From NCBI GenBank assembly GCA_963821935.1, contig CAWGFM010000005.1:325222-389221 (forward strand): a stretch of 64,000 nt of DNA, given 5' to 3'. The position numbers and the translations under genes were made by a program. A model generated the notes under the pieces. The model was given only the letters and a program-made list of their open reading frames with translations. It was not told the origin of the DNA and did no database searches. This document shows, one piece after another, positions 25,413-33,532 of the stretch; positions within the stretch are counted from its first letter, which is position 1, and every line of letters starts with the position of its first letter. This stretch comes from an uncultured Actinomycetes bacterium (lineage in GTDB: Bacteria; Actinomycetota; UBA4738; HRBIN12).

Positions 25413-25470
25413 CGCGCGTGCATCCCTTCCGGTCGTGCGATCTTCGACGGTGTGTGCCAACGGTGCGGGG

Positions 25471-25545
25471 TGGTAGCGGCGGGTGGACTCGAACCACCGA
25501 CACAGCGATTATGAGCCGCTTGCTCTACCTCTGAGCTACGCCGCC
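25471..25545 (-). tRNA. metT: tRNA-Met, elongator type (CAT anticodon; tRNA-Ile2 not excluded)
   Basis: Manual cloverleaf: GGCGGCG/CGCCGCT acceptor (G1-U72), GCTC..GAGC, AGCGG-CTCATAA-TCGCT, GGTGG-TTCGAGT-CCACC; CCA encoded. It lacks the initiator features (C1:A72 mismatch, 3 G-C pairs in the anticodon stem). Confidence 0.85.
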
Positions 25546-25624
25546 GTGTTCAGCCGACGAGTTTACCCTGGGCGACCCGGCGTCGGCACGCGCCGACCGG
25601 CTCGTCCGATGCCGGCTCCCCGGT

Positions 25625-27013
25625 TCACAGACCCGCGGATTCGAGCAGACGGAGCCACACCTCGCTGACCGTGGGGAAGGCGGGCACCGCATGCCAGAGC
25701 TGGTCGAGCGTGACCTCGCCCACCACGGCGATCGTGGCCGCGTGCAGCATCTCCTGGACGTCGGGGCCCGTGAACGTGGCGCCGACGACCAGCTGCGATC
25801 TCCGGTCGAGGACCAGCTGACTGTTCCCGGCGATGTCGTTGCCGCGGGTGTAGGCGCCCGCGACCTCACCGGTCCCGACCCGGAGGACCTGCACATCGAT
25901 GCCTGCGGCCCGCGCGGTCTCCTCGGTGTGTCCCACGGCAGCCACCTGCGGATCGGTGAACGTGACCCGCGAGACGGCGCGATGATCGGCGAGGTCGTGG
26001 ACGTCCTTGCCTGCGATCACATCACCCACGAGCCGCCCTTGGTACTTGCCCATGTGGGTGAGCAACGCCAGACCGTTGACGTCGCCCACCGCGAAGAGCC
26101 ACTGACCATCCACTCCACGAACACGCAGCCGATCGTCGACCTCGATCCTGGCGCCCGGGTCGAGCCCGATCGTGTCAAGCCCGGCATCGCCGGTGTTCGC
26201 GCGCCGTCCCACCGCGACCAAGAGCTCATCCCCGACGACCTCGCGATCGTCGTCGAGCGTGAGGGTGATGGGCCCGTCGTCGTTCCGGGCCGCCTTCGTG
26301 GCCGTCGCCCCGGTGATGACGGTGATGCCTTCGGACTCGAACGACCGGCGCACGTCCTCGCCCGCGAAGGGCTCTTCCCGGGCCAGCAGCCGCGGCCCGC
26401 CCTCGACGATCGTTACCTCGTCCGAGCCGAGCCGTCGGAAGGCCTGAGCGAGCTCGGCGCCGATCGGACCCCCGCCCAGCACGACGAACCGGGTGGGGAT
26501 CTCCTTGACCTCCGTGGCGGCGCGGTTGTCCCACGCGCCGACATCGGCCAGCCCCTCGATCGGCGGCATGAAGGGCGACGTTCCGTTCGCCAACACGACC
26601 GCCGTGGTCGCCGCCAGGGTCCGCATGCCCTCGGCGGTCTCGACCTCGACGGACCGTTCTCCGGCCAGGCGTCCGTGACCACGGATCAGCTCGATGCCCT
26701 TGTCGTCGAGCCACGGGGTCTGCGTGCTGTCGCTCCATGAGTTGGTCATGTAGTCGCGCTGGGCGAGCGCCGCGGCGACGTCGATATCCCCGGTCACCGC
26801 CTCGGCGGCGCCGGGCACCCGTCGCGCGGCGGCCAGCACGTCACCCGGACGGATCAAGGTCTTGCTGGGGATGCACCCCCAGAACGAGCATTCGCCGCCC
26901 ACGAGCCGCTCTTCCACGATCGCAACGCTGAGCCCGGCGTCCACGCATCGCCCGGCGGCGTTCTCGCCGGGAGGGCCGGCCCCGATGACCACCACATCGA
27001 ACTCATCGCTCAT
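25625..27013 (-). CDS. Class I pyridine nucleotide-disulfide oxidoreductase (dihydrolipoamide dehydrogenase / mycothione reductase-like)
   Basis: Start trimmed to MSDEFDVVVIGAGPPGENAAG (ATG 27013). Redox-active GGECSFWGCIPSK, a second Rossmann motif VVLGGGPIGAELA, and the C-terminal interface motif HAVPAFPTVSE. Confidence 0.85.
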   Translation of the reverse strand: MSDEFDVVVIGAGPPGENAAGRCVDAGLSVAIVEERLVGGECSFWGCIPSKTLIRPGDVLAAARRVPGAAEAVTGDIDVAAALAQRDYMTNSWSDSTQTPWLDDKGIELIRGHGRLAGERSVEVETAEGMRTLAATTAVVLANGTSPFMPPIEGLADVGAWDNRAATEVKEIPTRFVVLGGGPIGAELAQAFRRLGSDEVTIVEGGPRLLAREEPFAGEDVRRSFESEGITVITGATATKAARNDDGPITLTLDDDREVVGDELLVAVGRRANTGDAGLDTIGLDPGARIEVDDRLRVRGVDGQWLFAVGDVNGLALLTHMGKYQGRLVGDVIAGKDVHDLADHRAVSRVTFTDPQVAAVGHTEETARAAGIDVQVLRVGTGEVAGAYTRGNDIAGNSQLVLDRRSQLVVGATFTGPDVQEMLHAATIAVVGEVTLDQLWHAVPAFPTVSEVWLRLLESAGL

Positions 27014-27077
27014 CGACGGCCTCCTAGACCCGCTCATCGTCGGACCCGGCGGGCCCAACACCTTGGGGCCCTGCTTA

Positions 27078-29021
27078 TCACACGTCGTCTGACGCGTTCT
27101 CGTGACGGTCTCGCCCGAGCACGACACCTGCCAGCAGCCACCCGGCCACAGCCAACACCGCGATGAGCGCACGTCCCCCACCGCCGGTGAGCGGCCAGCC
27201 CACGGCCGCGAACACCACCCCGCCCAGGGTCAGGACGGCGATGCCGAATGCGGCGGAGAGACCGACACGGGCCAGCCATGACACGTCCACCAGTGCGGTG
27301 GCCCACCCCAGGCCCACGATCATCAGCAGGCCGAGCGTCAGGCAGCTCCCCCAGATCAACTCCCCGGCGGTGGGGACGTCCAGCGGTGCCAAGGTCGCGA
27401 GTGCCGGCGGCGGCGCGCCTCGCACCACCCAAACTCCCGGCGCACCGGACAGAGAACCCTCGGGTGGGGACGAACGCGGATTGAGGGACTCGAGCCAGAT
27501 GGCCGTGAAGTCCTGGTCGACGAGCGGCGCGATCCTCTGCCACGACAGCTCGGCGTCCTCGTTCGGGAACCCGTTGATGGGTTCGCCGGCCAGCAGGTCC
27601 GCGCTGTCACCGAGGAACGTCTGCACCGATGCGATGAGGTCGCCGGGAAGCGATGCGCGCACGGCACGATCCGAGGCCGTGAACCCCCGCTTGCTCGCCA
27701 CGAAGATGATGGGACCCGAGGGTCGCGCCGCGTGCAGGTAGTCGGCGGCCGCGATCACTTCGCGTCGGGCCTGAGGTTCCAACAGGGAACGTGACGCCGC
27801 CCACGACCGCTCCCCCGCCTGCCACGAGATCGTCAGGATCGAGACGATCACGACAGCGCCGGCGATGCTGACAGCCACCCCCTGCCGGAAGCTCCAGGCC
27901 CCCAGCGCGACGACGGCGGACGCGCCCAACAGCGGGATCGCGAGCGCGAACTCCCCGACGCGGTACGCCGGCAGCCATGTGGCCCCGAGCACCGAATGAG
28001 CGACGATCGCCAGCGCGAGGGTCAACGACCAACCAACCAGCAGGAACGTGGCCCAGCGTCTCGTCGGGATCCGTGGGAACCACAGGGCCCATGCGCCCAG
28101 CAGCGCAGCGGGGCCCGTGATCCACAAACGCAGGGCAGGAACCCGCCGTGCCACCTTGCCCGTGACCTTCTCCACGGTCACGCGTGGCGCGTCGAGGTCG
28201 AAGGTCGGCGTGGCCGCGAGGAGGGCGGCCAGGCCGGTCACGACCGACGCGACGACCACCGAGCCGATCCGCGCGGAAGGGGTCGTGCCGAGAGAAGACC
28301 CGTCACGGATGGAGCGGCGCGACGTCGGGATCAACGCGATGGCCAAGCATCCGAGCAGGACCAGGAACAGCGCGGCCAGAACCCAATGGATCACCAACGC
28401 CGCCGCGAGGAGCACGATCGCCCCTGCCATGGCCCGCCGGTTCGTGGCGGCGACGATCGCCGCCGCCGCCCCGGCGAGCACGACCGATTCCACGAGGAGC
28501 GCGTCCAGGCTTCCCACGGCGGTGCGAACCACGGCGAGCGAGCCGCCCACCACGATCGCGAACACGGCGAACGCCCACGGCGGCTCGTCGAGGACGTCCA
28601 CAGCGAACGCCCCCGCTGCCAGGCCCACGGCCGTCGCGAACACCGCGGGCGTCACGAAGGCCAGAAGGTACGGGGACGGCCCACCCGCGGCATCGATCAG
28701 TGACGCCAGGACGGGGAAGGCCGGCCGCTCAGCGTTGGCGTTGAGCTCGGGCGCGAACGTGCGCAAGGCGTCCAGCCCGTCGGCGATCGTCACGTTGGCC
28801 CGCCAGATGTAGTGGGCGGTGTCGAAGCCGAACGGGACGACGCTGTCGCCCCGCAGGTAGGGGAGGAGGAACAGGGCGGCGATGACGACGATGGCGAGAA
28901 CGATCAGCCCGGCGATCGCGATGACCTGGCGGGTCCACGAGCGCGAACGCCTCGGATGAGAGGACTCCGGAGCCGCGTGGTGCCTCGTCGATCGCCGCTC
29001 CAGGCTCATGTCCTTGGCCAC
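27078..29021 (-). CDS. Polytopic integral membrane protein of unknown function
   Basis: 647-aa ORF with at least 12 hydrophobic segments around a central soluble region of about 200 aa. The first loop, FGFDTAHYIWRA, loosely resembles that of the 897-aa protein at 15422..18115. Confidence 0.7.
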   Translation of the reverse strand: MAKDMSLERRSTRHHAAPESSHPRRSRSWTRQVIAIAGLIVLAIVVIAALFLLPYLRGDSVVPFGFDTAHYIWRANVTIADGLDALRTFAPELNANAERPAFPVLASLIDAAGGPSPYLLAFVTPAVFATAVGLAAGAFAVDVLDEPPWAFAVFAIVVGGSLAVVRTAVGSLDALLVESVVLAGAAAAIVAATNRRAMAGAIVLLAAALVIHWVLAALFLVLLGCLAIALIPTSRRSIRDGSSLGTTPSARIGSVVVASVVTGLAALLAATPTFDLDAPRVTVEKVTGKVARRVPALRLWITGPAALLGAWALWFPRIPTRRWATFLLVGWSLTLALAIVAHSVLGATWLPAYRVGEFALAIPLLGASAVVALGAWSFRQGVAVSIAGAVVIVSILTISWQAGERSWAASRSLLEPQARREVIAAADYLHAARPSGPIIFVASKRGFTASDRAVRASLPGDLIASVQTFLGDSADLLAGEPINGFPNEDAELSWQRIAPLVDQDFTAIWLESLNPRSSPPEGSLSGAPGVWVVRGAPPPALATLAPLDVPTAGELIWGSCLTLGLLMIVGLGWATALVDVSWLARVGLSAAFGIAVLTLGGVVFAAVGWPLTGGGGRALIAVLAVAGWLLAGVVLGRDRHENASDDV

Positions 29022-29037
29022 GGTCCGGTCCTTCCTG

Positions 29038-29113
29038 TGGAGCCGGAGCGGGGAATCGAACCCCGGACCTCCTCCTTACCATGGAGGCGCTCTGCCGACT
29101 GAGCTACTCCGGC
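29038..29113 (-). tRNA. thrT: tRNA-Thr (GGT anticodon)
   Basis: Manual cloverleaf: GCCGGAG/CTCCGGC acceptor, GCTC-AGTCGGCA-GAGC, CCTCC-ATGGTAA-GGAGG, CGGGG-TTCGATT-CCCCG; CCA encoded. Confidence 0.9.
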
Positions 29114-29169
29114 GGCCCGGCGATGATAACAACGCCCGGTTGGAACCCCGCGCCGTGCGACCATGGGTG

Positions 29170-29646
29170 ATGATGAAGCGCCTCCTGCGCGTTGCCGCCT
29201 GCCTGACCCTCGTGATGGCGGCGTGCTCGGGCTCGCCCGCGGCCGAACCCAAGGGCAACCTGGTGGGCTACGCGACCTTCCCCGGCGCCGAAGGGCAGGA
29301 GCGCACGAACGGCTTGGGGGTCGCGGATTCCGACGAGGAACGCCAGCAGGGATTGATGGGGGTGCGGTCCCTTGGCGAAGACCGAGGCATGGTGTTCGTG
29401 TTCGACGGCGAGCAGGAGGGCGGGTTCTGGATGAAGGACACGCTGATCCCGCTGTCCATCGCGTTCTGGGGGGAGGACGGTCGGGTCCTGGATATCCTGG
29501 AGATGCAGCCGTGCACCGCCGAGCCCTGTCCCGTCTACGTGCCGGATGCCACCTACACGCACGCACTGGAGATGGACGCCGGATGGTTCAGCGCTCGCGG
29601 CATCGAGATCGGAGATCGGGTTGAGCTCCAACTCGTCAACGGATGA
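29170..29646 (+). CDS. DUF192-family lipoprotein
   Basis: Start trimmed to MMKRLLRVAACLTLVMAACSG (lipobox-like LVMAAC). DUF192-like core: GLMGVRSLGEDRGMVFVF...FWMKDTLIPLSIAFW...YVPDATYTHALEM. Confidence 0.75.
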   Translation: MMKRLLRVAACLTLVMAACSGSPAAEPKGNLVGYATFPGAEGQERTNGLGVADSDEERQQGLMGVRSLGEDRGMVFVFDGEQEGGFWMKDTLIPLSIAFWGEDGRVLDILEMQPCTAEPCPVYVPDATYTHALEMDAGWFSARGIEIGDRVELQLVNG

Positions 29647-30001
29647 CTGCCTGCTCTGCGACGCGGAGCAGGTCACCGAGTGGTTCCACGACGACGAGGA
29701 ATGCTGGGTGGCAGAGTGCATGGTGTGCCGGACCCCGATGATCGTGTGGCGAACCCACGGCCTGCCCGAGGCCGAGGTCGAGGCCACACTGCTCTCGCAC
29801 CTGGAGCGGATCGCGACCGAACGCTACGGGAACGGCGGCTATTGGATCGATCCGGAGCGTCGGCGGATCCCGGACCACTGGCACGCGCACGCGCGACCGG
29901 CCGGTGAGTTCTTCGACCCCGCGAGCGCGCTCTACGTGCGCGACGATCCGCTCACTCGTGGAACGCGCGACGCAGGAACCGGTCGAACTGTGGAACCGTG
30001 A
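29621..30001 (+). CDS. Small Cys-rich (CxxC...CxxxxCxxC) hypothetical protein; start uncertain
   Basis: The frame of track ORF 29546..30001 reads DDCLLCDAEQVTEWFHDDEECWVAECMVCRTPMIVWRTHG...IPDHWHAHARP. There is no ATG after the upstream gene; an in-frame TTG lies at 29621. The 3' end overlaps the convergent ATPase gene by 50 nt. Confidence 0.4.
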   Translation: MSSNSSTDDCLLCDAEQVTEWFHDDEECWVAECMVCRTPMIVWRTHGLPEAEVEATLLSHLERIATERYGNGGYWIDPERRRIPDHWHAHARPAGEFFDPASALYVRDDPLTRGTRDAGTGRTVEP

Positions 30002-31124
30002 ACGCGGCGAGCCCATGCCCGGGCTGGAAGAGCAGCCCCTTGTCGATGAGGCGGGCCCTGATGGGGGCCACCTGGCCCGAACTTCGCCCCAGCGCCGCGG
30101 CGACATCCATCGCTCGTTGCGGCTCATCGCCGAGCGAGGCCATGGCGCGGAGATACCGAAGCTCCGTCGGGCTCGCTCGCTCGACCCGCACCCGGAAGAA
30201 GCTCTCGTCGAGGCGAGCCTCGACCAACGCCTGCGCCTCGATCGTCTCGACGGCACCGACCGGTGATCCTTCGGCGCTATCCCACACGACGGCTCCGTAC
30301 TCCTGCACGAAGTAGGGGTAGCCCTGGGTGTACGTGATGACCGCCTCCACCGCTCGGGGGTCGAATCGCACACCGAGCTCCTCCGCAGGCTTCGTGAGCG
30401 CGTCGGCGGCCTCCTGCGGAGCGAGCGCCCCGATCCGCTGGAACTGGAAGAGTCGTTCGGCATAGGACTTCGCCTCACCGACCAATCGCGCCACGTTGGG
30501 CAGTCCGGCCGCGACCACCGTCAGTGGAAGCTCTCGCTGCACGGTCTTGTGCAGCGCCCGGATGAGGCCTTCCAGCTCGTGGCGCTCGAGCGCCTGCACC
30601 TCGTCGAAGAGGAAGACCACGCCGGTCTCATGTTCGCGGGCCGCCTCCCCCAGCGCCAGGAAGACGTCGGTGAGGTCGTCCCCGAAGTCCCCGGAGTCGG
30701 CGAATCCCTCGAATGGCTCGACATCGACGCTGGCCGTGATGGAGCCTTCCGTGGACATCGTGAGCGAGAACGAGGAGAGGATCCTCGCTGCCCGTCGCGC
30801 CAGCTCCCGCCATCGATCCCGCGGTGCGATCTCGAGGAGTGCCCTGCGAGCGAGCGACGCGATCTGGGGCCCGAAGTTGACCCCGACGCTGATCTCGGTG
30901 TCGGCGGTCACCCATCGGCTGGCACGCGCCGATCGCTCGAAGGCACCCAGGAGCACCGTCTTGCCGACGCCTCGCAATCCCGTGATCATCAGGGACTGCT
31001 GCGGCCGCCCCCGGATCAGCCGGGCGAGCAGGATGTCGAACTGCAGGAGCTGCTCATCGCGGCCGACCAGGAACGGCGGACTCGCTCCTGCGTTCGGGGT
31101 GTACGGATTGATCAGAGGATCCAT
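29952..31124 (-). CDS. AAA+/STAND-like ATPase with a C-terminal winged-helix domain (Arch_ATPase/ORC-Cdc6-like)
   Basis: 390 aa. FLVGRDEQL..., then Walker A ITGLRGVGKTVLL, Walker B VVFLFDEVQAL, and a C-terminal wHTH-like PTELRYLRAMASLGDEPQRAMDVAAALGRSSGQVAPIRARLIDKGLL. Confidence 0.8.
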   Translation of the reverse strand: MDPLINPYTPNAGASPPFLVGRDEQLLQFDILLARLIRGRPQQSLMITGLRGVGKTVLLGAFERSARASRWVTADTEISVGVNFGPQIASLARRALLEIAPRDRWRELARRAARILSSFSLTMSTEGSITASVDVEPFEGFADSGDFGDDLTDVFLALGEAAREHETGVVFLFDEVQALERHELEGLIRALHKTVQRELPLTVVAAGLPNVARLVGEAKSYAERLFQFQRIGALAPQEAADALTKPAEELGVRFDPRAVEAVITYTQGYPYFVQEYGAVVWDSAEGSPVGAVETIEAQALVEARLDESFFRVRVERASPTELRYLRAMASLGDEPQRAMDVAAALGRSSGQVAPIRARLIDKGLLFQPGHGLAAFTVPQFDRFLRRAFHE

Positions 31125-31133
31125 CGGCTCACA

Positions 31134-31189
31134 TTGACAGGGTTGACAGAGGTTAGCGAGTCTTGTTAATCGATGTCAACATCGTCAAC
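31134..31189. promoter_or_regulatory. Operator-like inverted pair of phased TTGAC(A) repeats in a divergent promoter region
   Basis: TTGACA at 31134 and 31143 (9-nt phase), mirrored by GTCAAC at 31175 and 31184 (9-nt phase). This is a locally AT-richer 179-nt gap between the ATPase gene and the DUF1353 operon. Confidence 0.35.
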
Positions 31190-31303
31190 GTGGGCTCCCA
31201 TCAGACTCTGTAGCTCGAACGACCGTCGGTCGAAGACACCTGCCTGACCGCTCCCGGGGGTGCAACCCTTCCACCAACGACGGCCCTGAAGGAGGCGATC
31301 CCA

Positions 31304-31903
31304 TTGCCGTTCGTCGGCGACGCCAATCCCTTGGTCAAACAGGTCGGGGACCGAGACTGGGAGGTGGTGGAACCGCTGACCTACCGAGGGACCACGGATG
31401 AGTTCGTCGTGCCCGCGGGCATGCCGACCGACTTCGCCTCCGTGCCAAGAGCCTTCGTGTGGTTCCTCCCACGGTACGGGCGCTACACCAGGGCGGCGAT
31501 CCTGCACGACTACCTGTGGCGCTTCCGGGTGAACGATCCGACGGAGCCCATCAGCCGCGCCGACGCCGATGGCCTGTTCCGACGGGTCATGCGAGAGCTG
31601 GGCGTTCCGTTCCTCCGCCGATGGATCATGTGGACCGCCGTGCGCTTGGCAGCGTTGACCAAGCCCGACGGGAGGAAGGGGTGGATCCGAGACGCTCCGC
31701 AGGTGCTGCTCGTTTCGATCGTGGCCCTGCCATTCGTCCTTCCTCCCGCGCTCCTGGTCTTGGTCGGTCTGGGCGCCTTCTACCTGCTCGAGCTCCTTCT
31801 CGTGCTCCCGTTGAAAGCCGGCCGGGCTCTGAGGAGCGCCATGACCAAGCAGGAACCCCGCAAGGACGTCTCGGTGCCCACGTTCGACTGGAACACCTCA
31901 TAG
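31304..31903 (+). CDS. DUF1353 domain protein with C-terminal TM helices
   Basis: 199 aa with a TTG start preceded by GAAGGAGG. DUF1353 signature: VVPAGMPTDFASVPRAFVWFLPRYGRYTRAAILHDYLWR. Two or three hydrophobic helices follow. Confidence 0.7.
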   Translation: MPFVGDANPLVKQVGDRDWEVVEPLTYRGTTDEFVVPAGMPTDFASVPRAFVWFLPRYGRYTRAAILHDYLWRFRVNDPTEPISRADADGLFRRVMRELGVPFLRRWIMWTAVRLAALTKPDGRKGWIRDAPQVLLVSIVALPFVLPPALLVLVGLGAFYLLELLLVLPLKAGRALRSAMTKQEPRKDVSVPTFDWNTS

Positions 31904-31913
31904 GAGGGCAGGC

Positions 31914-33467
31914 GTGATGCACGCACATGGTTCCGAGAGCTATTTCGTCCTGGGTGAGGGATTGCTCGCGGAGAGCGACGGCGGACGGGAGCCCACGTTG
32001 GCGGCCGCCGACGAGGCCCTCGTTGCACCGTTCCGATTCTCCAGGATGGGACCGAAGGGAACCGGCAGACAGCTCAGCGAAGCCGTCCGGAAGAAGCTCG
32101 GCAACGCCTTGGTCGGCGGTGGTGGAGGCGCCTCGCAGATCCCAGCGGGGTTCACCTACCTGGGTCAGTTCACCGATCACGACCTCACCTTCGACAAGAC
32201 CAGCGTGATGCTGGGCGAGAACATCTCGCCGACCCAGCTCTTGCAGGGGCGATCGCCGAGCCTCGACCTGGACTCGCTCTACGGAGCCGGCCCCGACGAC
32301 CCCGGATCCGAGAAGTTCTACGAGAACGACGGCCTCCATCTGAAGATGGGCGCGACGGTCAAGGCGGGCGCCATCGCCGCGATGGACGGCTTCGACCTCC
32401 CTCGCGGAGGCGGGAGCACCGCGTCCGCGAAGCGGAAGGCCGTGATCCCCGACCCCCGGAACGACGAGAACCTGGCGGTCGCCCAGACGCATCTCGCCTT
32501 CATCCGCTTCCACAACCGGGTCGTCGACTCGATCCCCTCGTCCGTGCCCCTCACCGAGCACTTCAGCCGGGCTCGCAAGATCGTCACGCGTCACTATCAG
32601 TGGATGCTCCGCACCGACTACCTGCCACGGATCTGTGCGCCGGGGGTCGTCAACGACGTCTTCAGCAACGGCCGCAAGGCCTTCGAGGTCGGCGTGAGCC
32701 CCACGGACGTCCCCACGATGCCGATCGAGTTCTCGGTGGCAGCGTTCCGGCTCGGCCACTCCATGATCAGGGAGGCATACAACTGGAACAAGATCTTCGA
32801 CGACGGCGGAGGCAACCTGTTCCTGTTGTTCGCGTTCTCGGCGGGCAGCGGGACGCTCGGAGACAACCCTCGTCTCCCGAGCAACTGGATCGCGGACTTC
32901 CGGAGGCTCTACGACTTCGGCGAAGCGGGCAAGCCCGGTCTCGTCGTGCCGGCGGACAAGTTCAACAGGGCCATGCGGATCGACAGCCGGCTCGCGGGAA
33001 CGCTCGGCGGGCTCCCCGGTTTCGCCGCGGACCAGGACAACCTCGCGTTCCGGAACCTGACCAGGGCGAAGATGATGTCCTTGGGCACCGGTCAGCAGAT
33101 GGCCGCCTTCCTCAAGAGCAAGGGGGTGACGCTCACCAGCCTCACGAAGCCCCAGATCCGGGAGGGCAACGACGGAGCCACGCTGGACGCGCTCACGGCG
33201 CAGCAGCGAGAGTCCGTGCTCACGAACACCCCCCTGTGGCTCTACATCCTGCGCGAGGCCGAGCTCAACCAGGGCAAGCTGAAGGGCGTCGGCGCCCGCA
33301 TCGTCGCCGAGACGTTCCACCGGGCGATGGAGGGCTCGCAAACCTCGATCGTGCGCGACCCCACATGGCACCCGACCCTCGGCCCCGACGGGGCTACCTT
33401 CCGCATGGTCGACCTGTTGCTCTTCGCGTTCGAAGGCAAGAAGTCCCTGCTCGCGCCGCTGGGGTAG
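31914..33467 (+). CDS. Heme peroxidase of the peroxidase-cyclooxygenase (animal heme peroxidase) superfamily
   Basis: 517 aa. Distal-site motif GFTYLGQFTDHDLTFD, then DPRNDENLAVAQTHLAFIRFHNRVV, and proximal His motif AAFRLGHSMIRE. No signal peptide. The antisense 623-aa ORF is a shadow. Confidence 0.85.
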   Translation: MMHAHGSESYFVLGEGLLAESDGGREPTLAAADEALVAPFRFSRMGPKGTGRQLSEAVRKKLGNALVGGGGGASQIPAGFTYLGQFTDHDLTFDKTSVMLGENISPTQLLQGRSPSLDLDSLYGAGPDDPGSEKFYENDGLHLKMGATVKAGAIAAMDGFDLPRGGGSTASAKRKAVIPDPRNDENLAVAQTHLAFIRFHNRVVDSIPSSVPLTEHFSRARKIVTRHYQWMLRTDYLPRICAPGVVNDVFSNGRKAFEVGVSPTDVPTMPIEFSVAAFRLGHSMIREAYNWNKIFDDGGGNLFLLFAFSAGSGTLGDNPRLPSNWIADFRRLYDFGEAGKPGLVVPADKFNRAMRIDSRLAGTLGGLPGFAADQDNLAFRNLTRAKMMSLGTGQQMAAFLKSKGVTLTSLTKPQIREGNDGATLDALTAQQRESVLTNTPLWLYILREAELNQGKLKGVGARIVAETFHRAMEGSQTSIVRDPTWHPTLGPDGATFRMVDLLLFAFEGKKSLLAPLG

Positions 33468-33532
33468 CGCGCCTACGCTTTGCCACCGGTCCTGCACGAC
33501 CGACGGGGGTCGGTCGATCTCGGCCCTGACCG

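Noticed and set aside
25625-27181. Track start positions for several ORFs: 25625..27181, 29008..29646, 41607..43508, 43904..44548, 44497..45159, 45213..46082, 51840..53624, 53537..55042, 61052..61582
   Set aside because: Longest-ORF starts overlap upstream genes or tRNAs and add Arg/Pro-rich leaders. Internal starts with Shine-Dalgarno-like sequences and family-typical N-termini were used instead.
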